Below, one piece after another: positions 26,440 through 38,072 of a stretch of DNA of 64,000 nucleotides; positions within the stretch are counted from its first letter, which is position 1, and the number at the start of each line of letters is the position of its first letter. The translations under genes were made by a program, and so were the position numbers. The notes under the pieces were generated by a model that was not told the DNA's origin, did no database searches, and was given only the letters and a program-made list of their open reading frames with translations. The stretch covers positions 19,344,001 to 19,408,000 of the forward strand of contig OX597822.1 of NCBI GenBank assembly GCA_951406725.2, written 5' to 3'. The DNA is from Octopus vulgaris (Eukaryota).

Positions 26440-27875
26440 ACACATTTTATTTCGAGCAAAGTCTATCACAAGTAGCCACAGAATTTAATATTTTGTATTA
26501 CTATACAGTTGACAGGGTCACAGTGTTTAATATCTGTATTACTATACAGTTACAAGGCCACAGTCTTTAATATCTATTACTATACATCTGACAGCGTCAC
26601 AGTCTTTAATATCTGTATTACTATACAGCTTATGGGGGAGAAGGGAATGAAAATTGCTCAGACAGACTGAAGCTAGGATATTTTCTCATGTACTCATCTC
26701 TGAGTAGTGTGATTGTACTCCTTTGTGAATTTCCAGCTTCATAAAGGAAAATTACTAAGAAAACAATATCAATAATCAATAAACTGCACATTACTTCTAC
26801 TGAAGCTGAGTATTTCTGTCCAAATAGGAAATATTGATGTCACCAAAATTAATGTCTCTGTCTGTGAATGGTGAAGTGAATGAGCCATGTAAAATGATAC
26901 ACAACTGACCTCTGTTCCTTGGGAGGAGATGGTTATCTTTCAGTTAAAAATTAAACGAGTGCTTTCTGCAAAAATAATTAGCTTTAGAAAGGGTATTCAA
27001 TCACTAGTAAAAGCATTACTTTAAAAAGCTCTGTTTAAACACATGGAACATTTAAAAAAATAAGAATGATGATGTTAATGGTAATAGTTCTGTGGAGAGG
27101 AATGGACTGAAGCAGTGCCACTCAATGCAAAAAAAAAACAACCCAAAACAAAACAAACAAAAATGACTTGATTAATATAACCAAGATATATGAATGTTTG
27201 AAATTAGAATGATTTGAAAAAACATTATAACAATAATATGCTTACAGTAACTTATTTGTATAGCAAAAACAAACTACACAAATACTTTTGATTTATAAGA
27301 AATATTTATGTATATATAATAATATATACATATATGGCTTGCAAAATAAACACTCTATACAAAATTTACAAATCCAACCATACTTGTTAAATTTTACTTG
27401 CCATTCATGCACATAGAGTCACACATATTTGTACACACACAAAACCCACTCACCCATTTTATGAGTATTTTAAAGATTGAAGTCCCTGTCATCAAGGAAA
27501 TATTTAAGCACATCTCAGGCCAAAATACCTGTAACAAAGTGTGAATTTTATCAAACTAATTACTTGGCCAAATTTATATGAAGGAAAATAAAATAAAACA
27601 AAATTATATATCTTTCCCAAATTTTTCATAGCCCTTTGGTATGGAGTTTGATTGGAGAGTGGCCTAATTAGTTGGTAATATTGACCACAGATTGTTTGTA
27701 GGTTGTGCTGAAAGGTGTGAACAACTATTTGTCTATCCCTTGTTTTATCACATTATGCCTGCACTTCAGAGAGCAAACAATATTTATCCTCTGGGTGCAG
27801 AGTTCAGGAAACTTGCACAGATCTGAGTGGATGAAATCCTGACATCGTTCTGTAACTATTTTCAAACTGTTTTTG
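26440..27875 (-). other. Probable SHC 3' UTR (about 1.4 kb) ending near AATAAA at 26451-26446; alternative signal at 26269-26264
   Basis: Transposon-free, U-rich on the minus strand, directly downstream of the stop codon, with canonical hexamers at the distal end. Confidence 0.55.
26475..26632. repeat. Minisatellite, about 4 copies of a 39-41 bp unit (tttaatatctgtattactatacagttgacagggtcacagt)
   Basis: Four visible iterations of tttaatat...tattactataca. Confidence 0.9.
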
Positions 27876-28004
27876 TCATTTATTACAAACAACTGGTTCT
27901 AAAAGATGAAGTTCCGTGCCTTGTGTTAAAATTGGAAAATGATTATCCTTGTGATAATTTACAAGATGGCTAATACTGTCAAATTTACAATCCTTTGTTC
28001 GGAC
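27876..28004 (-). CDS. SHC1: SHC-family adaptor, terminal coding exon (VRTKDCKFDSISHLVNYHKDNHFPILTQGTELHLLEPVVCNK*)
   Basis: Matches the SHC C-terminus (VRTKDHRFESVSHLISYHMDNHLPI). Acceptor ttctcttccag; joins EGV|VRTKD in frame; stop TGA at 27878-27876. Confidence 0.95.
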   Translation of the reverse strand, partial: VRTKDCKFDSISHLVNYHKDNHFPILTQGTELHLLEPVVCNK

Positions 28005-28649
28005 CTGGAAGAGAATAAAGAAGAGTTCAGGTAAAACTGGGATAAATTTCATCACCAAATATGACAACATTTGAATAAAAATAAAAAGAATTAATAGAGA
28101 TATTTAATTTATTAAATTTATGTATTTGTTTTAGAAGATTCTTGATGTGAGACCATGAGTTGAAACAGATATATTTGGGGATGGTAATTTTTTTCTTTTT
28201 TACCAATTAATCACACACTATATATTTGTTCTTCACTTCAGCATTATTATTATTATTATTCTTATTTTAGTGTCCATTATCTCAAATCCTTCATCACATT
28301 CTGTGACTTCTTTGGTGGCTATTTAGTCCTTTCTGACTGAGAGACAGAATGGACTAAACAGAAGGGGACAGGTGGAATGGAGAGTCACTGAAGTGAAGAA
28401 CAATATAGTGCATGTGGTTAATTGGCAAAAGAAAAAAGAAATGACCATCCCCAAATTTAACAATACATTTAATTTATATTATGTGAAAATTATAAAATAC
28501 AAAATTCTTTTGAAATTCACAAGGAAAGTTTTAAATTAATTGAGAAAAATTCCTTATCTAATTTATAGAAGTTGGGGATAAACCACCCCAAAAAAAAAAA
28601 ATTGAATCTGTAAGCCATAGGAACTGATTGTGTTTTGTTTAATGCCAAA

Positions 28650-28987
28650 CCAGGGTTTGCAGGACATTTCATCGAGCTCTATAGATCTTCCTGGATGAGG
28701 CTCATCTTCCAGGCTGTAGTTTCTAGCTCTGAATTTCTGGAACCACCGTTGACACTGGCTTATGCTTGTTGCCTTTATTGAACTCATAAAGCAAAATATG
28801 CTCCTTTGTCACTTCCATTGTAGCTTTGAAAAAATAACTTAAAATCTTCAGAACTTACACTGAGAATAAATACAAGGTAAAATTACTACCTGCTTCTTTA
28901 TCAAGTTGATGCAGGTATATATCCTGTCCCCCTTCGACTCTTAGTTAATGCAGTTGAAAAAACTGCATTATTCATGGGATGACCCGA
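28650..28987 (-). mobile_element. Truncated, internally deleted copy of the same mariner family (5' end)
   Basis: Matches 62827-63230 including the TIR and the peptide SQCQRWFQKFRARNYSLEDE. Confidence 0.85.
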
Positions 28988-29174
28988 TATATACATATTT
29001 TATTTTTGATTTTTGATTATTAACACTCATGCTTGAAAATGTAAATATATTTAAATTCAGTCTTTTTTATGATCTGTGAATCCTCAAATATCAAAAATTA
29101 CACTGAAGAGATTCTTACCTACAAACAACGGATTTTTATAATTTAATTATGGGTAAGAATCGAAAAACAATTGT

Positions 29175-31086
29175 ATCATCATCATCATCGTTTAGCATCC
29201 ACTTTCCATGCTAGCATGGGTTGGACGGTTCAACTGGGGTCTGGGAAGCCAGAAGGCTGCACCAGGTCCAGTTTGATCTGGCAATGTTTCTACGGCTGGA
29301 TGCCCTTCCTAATGCCAACCACTCCATGAGTGTAGTGGGTGCTTTTTACGTGCCAGATGAGTCTGGCAAATGGCCATGAACAGATGGTGCATTTTACGTG
29401 CCACCGGCACGAGGCCAGTCGGGGCTAAGCTGGCAACGGCCATGAACAGATGGTGCTTTTTACGTGCCACGGGCACGAGGCCAGTTGGGGCGCAGCTGGC
29501 AACGGCCATGTTCGGATGGTTCTCTTACGTCCCACCGGCACTGGTAACTCAGCTGCAATTTCCATTGATCGATTTCGATTCTGATTCTCACTTGCCTCAA
29601 CAGGTCTTCACAAGTAGAGTTTTGTGTCCCAAGAAGGGAGGGTATGCATAAGTGGGCTAGCTACATCCCATGTAGAAGGCCACGGGTTATGGTCTCACTT
29701 GTCCTGCCGGGTCTTCTCACGCACAGCATACTTCCAGAGGTCTCAGTCTCTAGTCATTTCCTCAGTGAGACCTAAAGTTCGAAGGTTGGGCTTCACCACC
29801 TCGTCCCAGGTTTTCCTGGGTCTGCCTCTTCCACAGGTTCCCTCAACCGCTAGGGTGTGGCACTTTTTCACTCAACTGTCTTCATCCATTCTCGCCACAT
29901 GCCCATACCAGCGCAAACATCTCTCTTGCACACCACATCTGATGCTTCTTAGGTCCAGCTTTTCTCTCAAGGTACTTACACTCTGTCGTGTATGAATACT
30001 GACATTACACATCCATTGGAGTATACTGACTTCATTTCTTGCGAGCTTACGCATATCCTCAGCAGTCACGGCCCATGTTTCACTGCCATGTAGCATGGCT
30101 GTTCGTACACACACGTCATACAGTCTGCCTTTTACTCTGAGCGAGAGGCCTTTTGTCACCAGCAGAGGTAAGAGCTCTCTGAACTTTTCCCAAGCTATTC
30201 TTACTCTAGCAGTTACACTTTCAGCACACCCGCCCCCGCTGCTGACTTGGTCACCTAGGTAACGGAAGCTATCAACTATTTCTAGTTTTTCTCCCTGGAA
30301 AGTGACAGAAGTTGGTCTTTCAGTGTTTATTGTTCCTGAGCATATGCCACATACAAAAACCATCTTCCTAGTTAGCCTTCCTTTGACATTGCTGCACCTC
30401 TTATGTGTCCATAGCTTACACTTGGTGTATCTTATAGAGTTTCTACCTACACCTTTTCTAAAGATCGAGCAGGGCCATCTACCTGAAGGCGCTTGTGATT
30501 TGTCTACCTTCCTACTTATTAGGACTTTGCTTTTAGCTAGATTGACTCTAAGGCCCTTCGATTCTAATCCTTGCGTCCACACCTGAAACTTCTCCACCAG
30601 TTCTGATAGTGACTCAGCAATTAGAGCAAGGTCATCAGCATAGAGGAGCTCCCAAGGGCATCCTGTCTTGAATTCCTCCGTTATTGCCTGGAGGACTATG
30701 ATAAATAGGAGGGTGCTGAGGACTGAGCCTTGGTGGACCCCTACCTCGACCCGGAATTCTTCACTGTACTCGTTGCCAACCCTCACCTTACTAGCAGCGT
30801 CCCTGTACATGGCTTGCACAGCTCTCACTAACCATTCATCTATCCCTAGTTTCCTCATTGACCACCAGATAAGGGATCGGGGGACCCTGTCGAAGGCTTT
30901 CTCCATGTCAACAAAAGCCAGGTACAGGGGCTTATCTTTGGCTAGGTATTTCTCCTGCAGCTGCCTTACCAGGAATATAGCATCAGTGGTACTTTTCCCT
31001 GGCATGAACCCAAACTGCATCTCATCTAAACTAACTCTCTCTCTAATTAGTTGGGCTATGACCCTCTCCGTAACCTTCATCACCAT
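29175..31086 (-). mobile_element. RTE-clade LINE, same family, 5'-truncated, about 1.9 kb, in the last SHC intron
   Basis: 404-aa ORF with LLYADDLAL, premature stop at 29872, same 3' UTR and (TGA)n tail as the 38069 copy. Confidence 0.95.
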
Positions 31087-32599
31087 GTAATTTGTATTTC
31101 ATATTTATTAATTTTTTATATATTTTATTATAATAATATAATATAATATTTTGTTAATAAATTTAAATTTTGAATTGATAATTATATATCTCCATTTTCT
31201 TTCCATTTTTCATCATCATCATCGTTTAACGTCCGCTTTCCATGCTAGCATGGGTTGGACGATTTTGACTGAGGGCTGGCGAACCAGATGGCTGCATCAG
31301 ACTCCAATCTTGATCTGGCAGAGTTTCTACAGCTGCATGCCCTTCCTAATGCCAATTAAATATATACCCATGTGAATTGTAAAGTTTTTCTCTACTAAAT
31401 TGGGTATTAAACAGTTGAGCCAGTGAAAGATTAGATGTTTTCATCCCTATTTTCCTTGTTTTTCATCTTTAATTATCCATACAGCATGTACTGGTTTTAT
31501 AAATTTAAATGTCAAAATGAAGAAATTTTACACCTAACTGCTCTTTCAAGCAACAAACAACTGAGCCATGAACTCTGAGTGGAAACTAATCTTCAGCTAT
31601 ATAATTGCTATGAAACCATTGTTAACTTCCACTCTAGGTGTCCTATGGTATACAGTAGTTAAGGCTTTCAGCCTCCATTTGCAATCATTGTGAACTTGTT
31701 CCTTGAATCATGAAATTGAATATTTGAACTCAATAAAACAATTTATTTTCTCAGTAACAGTCTCTAATCCTAACAATTTAACTCAAGTGTTTTCCAAAAC
31801 AATTATTTTCAGTATTTGAGCCAGACATTCCTCTAATGAAATACAACTACAGGAAAAGTTTCTTCAGACAGAAAGCTTTGATGACATGTCATTAGATACA
31901 TGCACAGAAAAGACACACTGGTAAACTACATTCCTAAATTTTCTAACAGAATTCTCACAAGGATCTGATTGGCCTTATGGAGCTCTAAGTTTCTGTGTCT
32001 TTCCAGTATGGTGGTCATAATAATAATAATGATCCTTTCTACTAAAGGCACCAAACCCAAAATTTTTGGGGAGGGGACCAGTTAATTGCATTGACCCCAG
32101 CGTTTCACTGGTACTTAATTTATCAACATTGAAAAAAAACTCGGGATGTAAAGATGGACAAAATGCCGCAAAGCATTTTGTATGGCATGCTAACATGATT
32201 ACATCGATCCCAGTACTCAACTAGTACTTATTTTATTGCCCCCAAAAGGATGAAAGGCAAAGTTGGCCTCAGTGGAATTTGAACTCAGAACGTTAACAGA
32301 GATGAAATATTGCCAAGCATTTTGCCTGGCGTGCTAATGATTCTGCCAGCTCACTACCTTAATAATAATATTCCTTTCTACTAAAAGCACAAGGCCTGAA
32401 ATTTGGGGGAGGGCACTAGTCGATTACATTGACTCTGGTACTCAATTGTTACCTATTTTATAGACCCCAAAAGGATGAAAGGCAAAGTCGACGTCAACGG
32501 AATTTTAATGTGAAATAATAATGATAATAATGACTTTTGCACTTGAAATACAGAAAAATAACAACATTCATATGAAAAATGAAAAAAAAAAAAACTTAC

Positions 32600-32731
32600 T
32601 ACACCCTCAGGATCAATCAGTAATAAATGTTTCACCCCAGCTGAATGTCTGCCACTCAAGACAAATTGACCTTGTGTAGTGGTACTCTCCCTCACCAAGA
32701 AATCTCCTTCATGTTCCAATAATAATTCAGC
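32600..32731 (-). CDS. SHC1: SHC-family adaptor, SH2 core exon ([44 protein letters not shown])
   Basis: FLVRES SH2 signature and [11 protein letters not shown] as in SHC. Acceptor atacag, donor gtaagt, 132 nt, phase 0/0. Confidence 0.95.
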
Positions 32732-33385
32732 CTGTATATCAAAAGATACAAAAACGATCATGCTTATAACACATCAAAATATTTATTTATATATATTTTT
32801 TACTTGTTTCAATCAATGGACTGCAGCCATACTGAGAACCACCTTGAAGGATTTAGTCAAAGAAATTGTCTCCAGGGCTTATTCTAATAGTCTCCTTTCT
32901 GCTGAATTTATAAAGTTACAAGGATGTAAACAAATGAATACTGATTGTGCAGTGTTGGCAGGGACCACACAGATACACACATACGATGTGTTTCTTTCAG
33001 TTTCCTTACATCAAATCCAGTTACAGGGCTTTGGTCAGCCCAGAGCTATAGTAGAGGACACTTGCCCAAGGTGACACACAGTGGGACTGAACTTGAAGCT
33101 ATATGGCTGGGAAGCAAACTTAGCCACACATCCACCTCTGCACCTCGTAGCTATGTCTTGCCAATGAAAATAAAAATACATGTGCAAAGGATAATGTCAC
33201 TACACTAGCATTACCTACTAATTTACAACAGTTAATAGAGAACAAAGATCTGTGAGTAGTGCCTCTAATCAACTGACTAATTAAGAAACATCACAACTGT
33301 GTTACAAGTTATTGCTTATAAAAGTTCTGCTCAATGTTACTATCGTAACTTCTGTAGCATTGGACCATTATCAGTGTGAACTCAC

Positions 33386-33552
33386 CTCCTTTCTGCTTAA
33401 AGGACCATGATACCATTCTTCATATACTGGAGCAAGCACTGCAGGAATCTCATCTTTATTAATCATTGCTGCCTGCAAACTTTCTTCTGGTGCCGGTGCT
33501 GGTGGTGGAGGTTGTGTCATTGATTCATTTAAAAGACACGTTTCAAATGGTT
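33386..33552 (-). CDS. SHC1: SHC-family adaptor, exon encoding the end of CH1 and start of SH2 (xPFETCLLNESMTQPPPPAPAPEESLQAAMINKDEIPAVLAPVYEEWYHGPLSRKE)
   Basis: Not in the ORF track; translated by hand. Acceptor ttgtttag, donor GAG|gtgag. PFE and WYHGPLSRKE match SHC (KPFEDAL...WFHGKLSRREAE). 167 nt, phase 1 to phase 0. Confidence 0.9.
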
Positions 33553-33656
33553 CTAAACAAAAACATAAAGCAAAACCATCGATAAGAAACAGACCAAAAG
33601 GTAGATAGTTGATGATTGATTTAAATATATTCCTTCATTTTCTTATTTTGTATTAC

Positions 33657-33715
<59 letters not shown>

Positions 33716-34132
33716 TATATGCATATACATATATACATATACATATATATATACATATATATATATACATATATATATACACATATATATATATACATAT
33801 ATATATATACATTTACATATATATACATATATATATACATTTACATATATATACATATATATATATACATTTACATATATATACATATATATATATACAT
33901 TTACATATATATACATATACATATATATACATATACATATATATACATATACATTTACATATATATACATATATATACATATACATATATATACATATAT
34001 ATATACATATACATATATATACATATATATACATATACATATATATACATATATATATACATATATATACATATACATATATATACATATATATACATAT
34101 ACATATATATACATATATATACATATACATAC

Positions 34133-34163
<31 letters not shown>

Positions 34164-34517
34164 TTATACATATATATATATATTTATACATATATATATA
34201 TATTTATACATATATATACATATATATTTATACATATATATACATATATATTTATACATATATATACATATATATTTATACATATATATACATATATATT
34301 TATACATATATATACATATATATTTATACATATATATACATATATATTTATACATATATATTTATACATATATATTTATACATATATATTTATACATATA
34401 TATTTATACATATTTATACATACATATTTATACATATATATATATACATATATATACATATTTATACATATATATATATACATCTATATACATATATATA
34501 TATATACATATTTATAC

Positions 34518-34550
<33 letters not shown>

Positions 34551-34677
34551 CATATCTATATACATATATATATATACATATCTATATATACATATCTATA
34601 TACATATCTATATACATATATATATATATACATATATATATACATATCTATACATATATATATACATATATATATAC

Positions 34678-34726
<49 letters not shown>

Positions 34727-34754
34727 CATATATATATACATATATATATACATA
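33657..34754. repeat. 1.1-kb compound (TA)n/(TACA) microsatellite with higher-order units
   Basis: Almost only A/T/C; recurring 22-30 bp units such as tatatttatacatatatataca. Confidence 0.98.
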
Positions 34755-34854
34755 NNNNNNNNNNNNNNNNNNNNNNNNNNNNNNNNNNNNNNNNNNNNNN
34801 NNNNNNNNNNNNNNNNNNNNNNNNNNNNNNNNNNNNNNNNNNNNNNNNNNNNNN
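34755..34854. other. Assembly gap (100 N, true size unknown)
   Basis: Run of exactly 100 n. Confidence 1.
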
Positions 34855-36030
34855 GAGAATGGCTTCATGACTTTCTGAAAGATAGAAGTCAGGTGGTAGT
34901 GGCCAATGGGGCCACTTCCATTAACACGCAAATAGTGAGCGGTGTTCCACAGGGCACTGTTCTGGGACCACTACTGTTCATAATGGCCCTCTCAGACATG
35001 CCCTCAGCCACGCAGAGAGCCACGATCACAAGTTATGCAGATGATACAAAAGTTTCACAGGCAATACAGAACCCTGAGGACACTAAACACCTGCAATGTG
35101 AGCTAGACAAAATATACAAGTGGGCCGAAAAGAATAGCATGCAGTTCAATGCTGAAAAGTTTCAAGCTCTATACTATCAGCATGCAAAACTAAATGCAAT
35201 ACCCAATGAATACACTGGACCCGGAGGAATAGTAATCCCAGAGGCACAATCAGTGCGTGACCTAGGTATTTACATGAGTGATGACGCGACCTTTCATGTA
35301 CATGTTGCTAAATTGGCAATGAAATGTAGACGACTGGCCGGATGGATCCTCAGAACCTTTAGAACAAGAGAACAAGAAACCATGATGGTCCTCTGGAGGA
35401 CACTTGTCCTAAGCCACTTTGACTACTGCTCTCAGTTATGGTCACCATCCAGTGTCAAGTTGATCACAGAGCTCGAGGCGATCCAACGTAGCTACACGAA
35501 GAAGATAGCCTCTATGCAGAATGTAAGCTACTGGGAAAGACTCAAGAGATTAAAACTATATTCCCTGGAGCGTAGGCGGGAAAGATATGCCATAATATAC
35601 ATCTGGAAGATCCTGGAGGGAAGTGTCCTGAACTTTGGCATCGAGAGTTACGCAAATGCCAGAACTGGGCGCCACTGCGTGGTGCCTAGGACTCCAAACT
35701 TGCCATCAAGATGTAGGACAAGATTCTGTGATAGCCTGGGCTTCCGAGGCCCACAGCTCTTCAATATCCTCCCGAAGAACCTGAGAGACCTGCATGGGGT
35801 GGATGCAGATGTCTTTAAAATGAAGCTGGATCTCTTCCTGTCAGGTGTCCCAGATGAACCAACTTCACGGCAGGAGGGGCAGATGAGGGCAGCTGCATCG
35901 AACTCTCTCATGCACCAAATGGCAGTTGCTAGAAAGCTTCCGTGAAGTGAAACCAAGTAGCAACACCAAATGGCGGTGCCCCAGCATGGCCACAGCTCAT
36001 AAGCTGAAACTAGAATCAATCAATCAATCA
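34855..36030 (+). mobile_element. CR1/L2-group LINE, 3' part of ORF2 (open frame to 35945), 3' UTR and (AATC)n tail; 5' part lost in the gap
   Basis: GVPQGTVLGPLLF, YADDTK, VRDLGI, DYCSQLWSP, LYSLERRRER; about 360 uninterrupted codons after the Ns. Confidence 0.92.
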
Positions 36031-36036
36031 AAATCA

Positions 36037-36080
<44 letters not shown>

Positions 36081-36421
36081 CTTATTGTATACAATACTCA
36101 GGTACACTTACTACTCATCAGAAAAAGTAGCCAAGAGTGCATGAACAGTACATAGAATAATGCACAGGAATTGAATAGCTCTGGCTGTGAGGTAAGTTTG
36201 CTTCTCAACCACATTCAGTTCCACTGCATGGCGCCTTGGGCAAGTGTCTTCTATAGCCTCAGACCAACCAAAACTTTGTGAGTGGATTTGGCAGTCAGAA
36301 ATTGAAAGAAGTTCGTTTTGTGTGTGTGTGTGTGTGTGTGTATATATGACAAGAAATAATTTTTGTTTCTTTTTATGGAAAAAAGAAGAGCTCAAGTAAA
36401 ATTGAGACAGAGACAAAAAAG

Positions 36422-37398
36422 TCATTGATTAGAGAACAAACATCAAATTCGGGCCAACGACTTTATATAACCCCACACTTCTATACATTTCATCATATAC
36501 AAATAATACTATGGCCTTCAACAAATAAAAGAAATACATATATAAGTACAGAAGGTAAAAAATATATATGCACATATAAATTTCATTTTTTTTTATATAC
36601 AAAATATATAGAAGAGCTTGTCCAGAAAAAGTATATACAAATTGACTAAAATTGGTGATCGAAAAGAAATTACTAAAACATATCAATTGACTAAAAAAAA
36701 TTTTTCTTTTTCCCCCTTGATTAAAAATATCTCAAAATAATTTGTTTTTAAAAATGAAGCAATCCATGGTAGGTCCAGTATCGAAGAAGCTTAAGAAAGT
36801 TCCAAATAAAGGGTAGGTCAAAATTCACATGTATGGCCATTTCAAAAGTTCAATGCTGTAATCCGATTGCAAGTTAAAGCACATCTCGGCAATGACCCCC
36901 GCACCAGGATGAACAGAACCCTCTAGGAATTTCATAATAAAGTAGTTCACAAGAGTTACAATACGGGCACAATTCTTATTTATAAGATATAAAGATATAT
37001 CTTATTTATAAGATATATTTATAAGATATAAGGACCAGTCCAAAATTCCTAACAAAAAAAATAAATAAATAAATAAATCTATTTTATTTTATGGCTAACC
37101 AGGTAGTCATAAGAATTTTTCTATCCGGTTTCGATTGTTATGTTTAGTAATTCATTCTGACCACCTATTTTAGTTGATTTATATATACTTTTTCCAGACA
37201 AGCCCTTCTGTATATTTTGTATTTTTATATGTGCATATATATTTTTAACCTTCTATGCCTATATATATATATATATATATATATATTTCTTTTATATGTT
37301 GAAGGCCATGGTATTATTTGTATACGATGAAATGTATAGAAGCATGGGGTTATATAAAGTTGTTGGCCTGAATTTGATGTTTGTTATTTAATCAATGA
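36422..37398. repeat. Diverged inverted repeat, about 270 bp arms (36422-36690 and 37130-37398)
   Basis: caaacatcaaattcgggccaacgactttatataacccc versus ggggttatataaagttgttggcctgaatttgatgtttg, with further collinear matches. Confidence 0.85.
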
Positions 37399-38036
37399 TT
37401 TATATATATATCATCAACATTTAATGTCCATTGTCCATGCTGGAGAGCTGCACCAGGTTCCAGTCAGATTTGACATGGTTTCTATGGCTGGATGCCCTTC
37501 CTAATGCCAACCACTTTACAGAGTGTGCATGTTGCTTCGTAATACCACAGTAGTGTTGTTACATGGCACCAGCACAAGTGCTTTTTATGTGGCATCAGCA
37601 CAGGACTTTTGCAGGCCAATCTTCTTCATCAGGAGGACTGGCCTTAACACTTTTGCTGCAAAGTACAGGTCTTCTTGAGTACAGCAAGATGCCGGGCATC
37701 TCGGTCTTTTGTCATCTCACCTGAAAGGTTCGGCATCCTGATGTTGTCCTTCAGTACTTTGTCCCATGTTTTCCTGAATCTCCCACTTCCACATGTTCTA
37801 TCTACTTTGAGAGATTGGCACATCACATGACTAAACCAGCACAGTCTTCTCTCTTGCACACAGCATCTAATTCCTGTTGTGCCTAACTTCTCTCTCAATA
37901 CACCAGCATATATATACATATATGAAAAAATTCAGGGTGAATACTTGATAATTGTAAGCACCTGTGTATGACATTTACTGGTGTAGGTGATAGAGTATAT
38001 TTATCAAAATAAAAACATGATGCAAAGGATTTAGCG

Positions 38037-38068
<32 letters not shown>

Positions 38069-38072
<4 letters not shown>

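Noticed and set aside
26475-26632. CRISPR array
   Set aside because: Eukaryotic context, the apparent spacers are homologous to each other, and there are no cas genes.
30302-31090. Plus-strand ORFs over the RTE copies (also 38885-40030) and 21082-21321 opposite AURKAIP1
   Set aside because: Antisense shadows of real reading frames.
33609-35945. 778-aa ORF as a single protein
   Set aside because: Artefact: a stop-free TA/TACA microsatellite read through 100 Ns into the real LINE RT frame.
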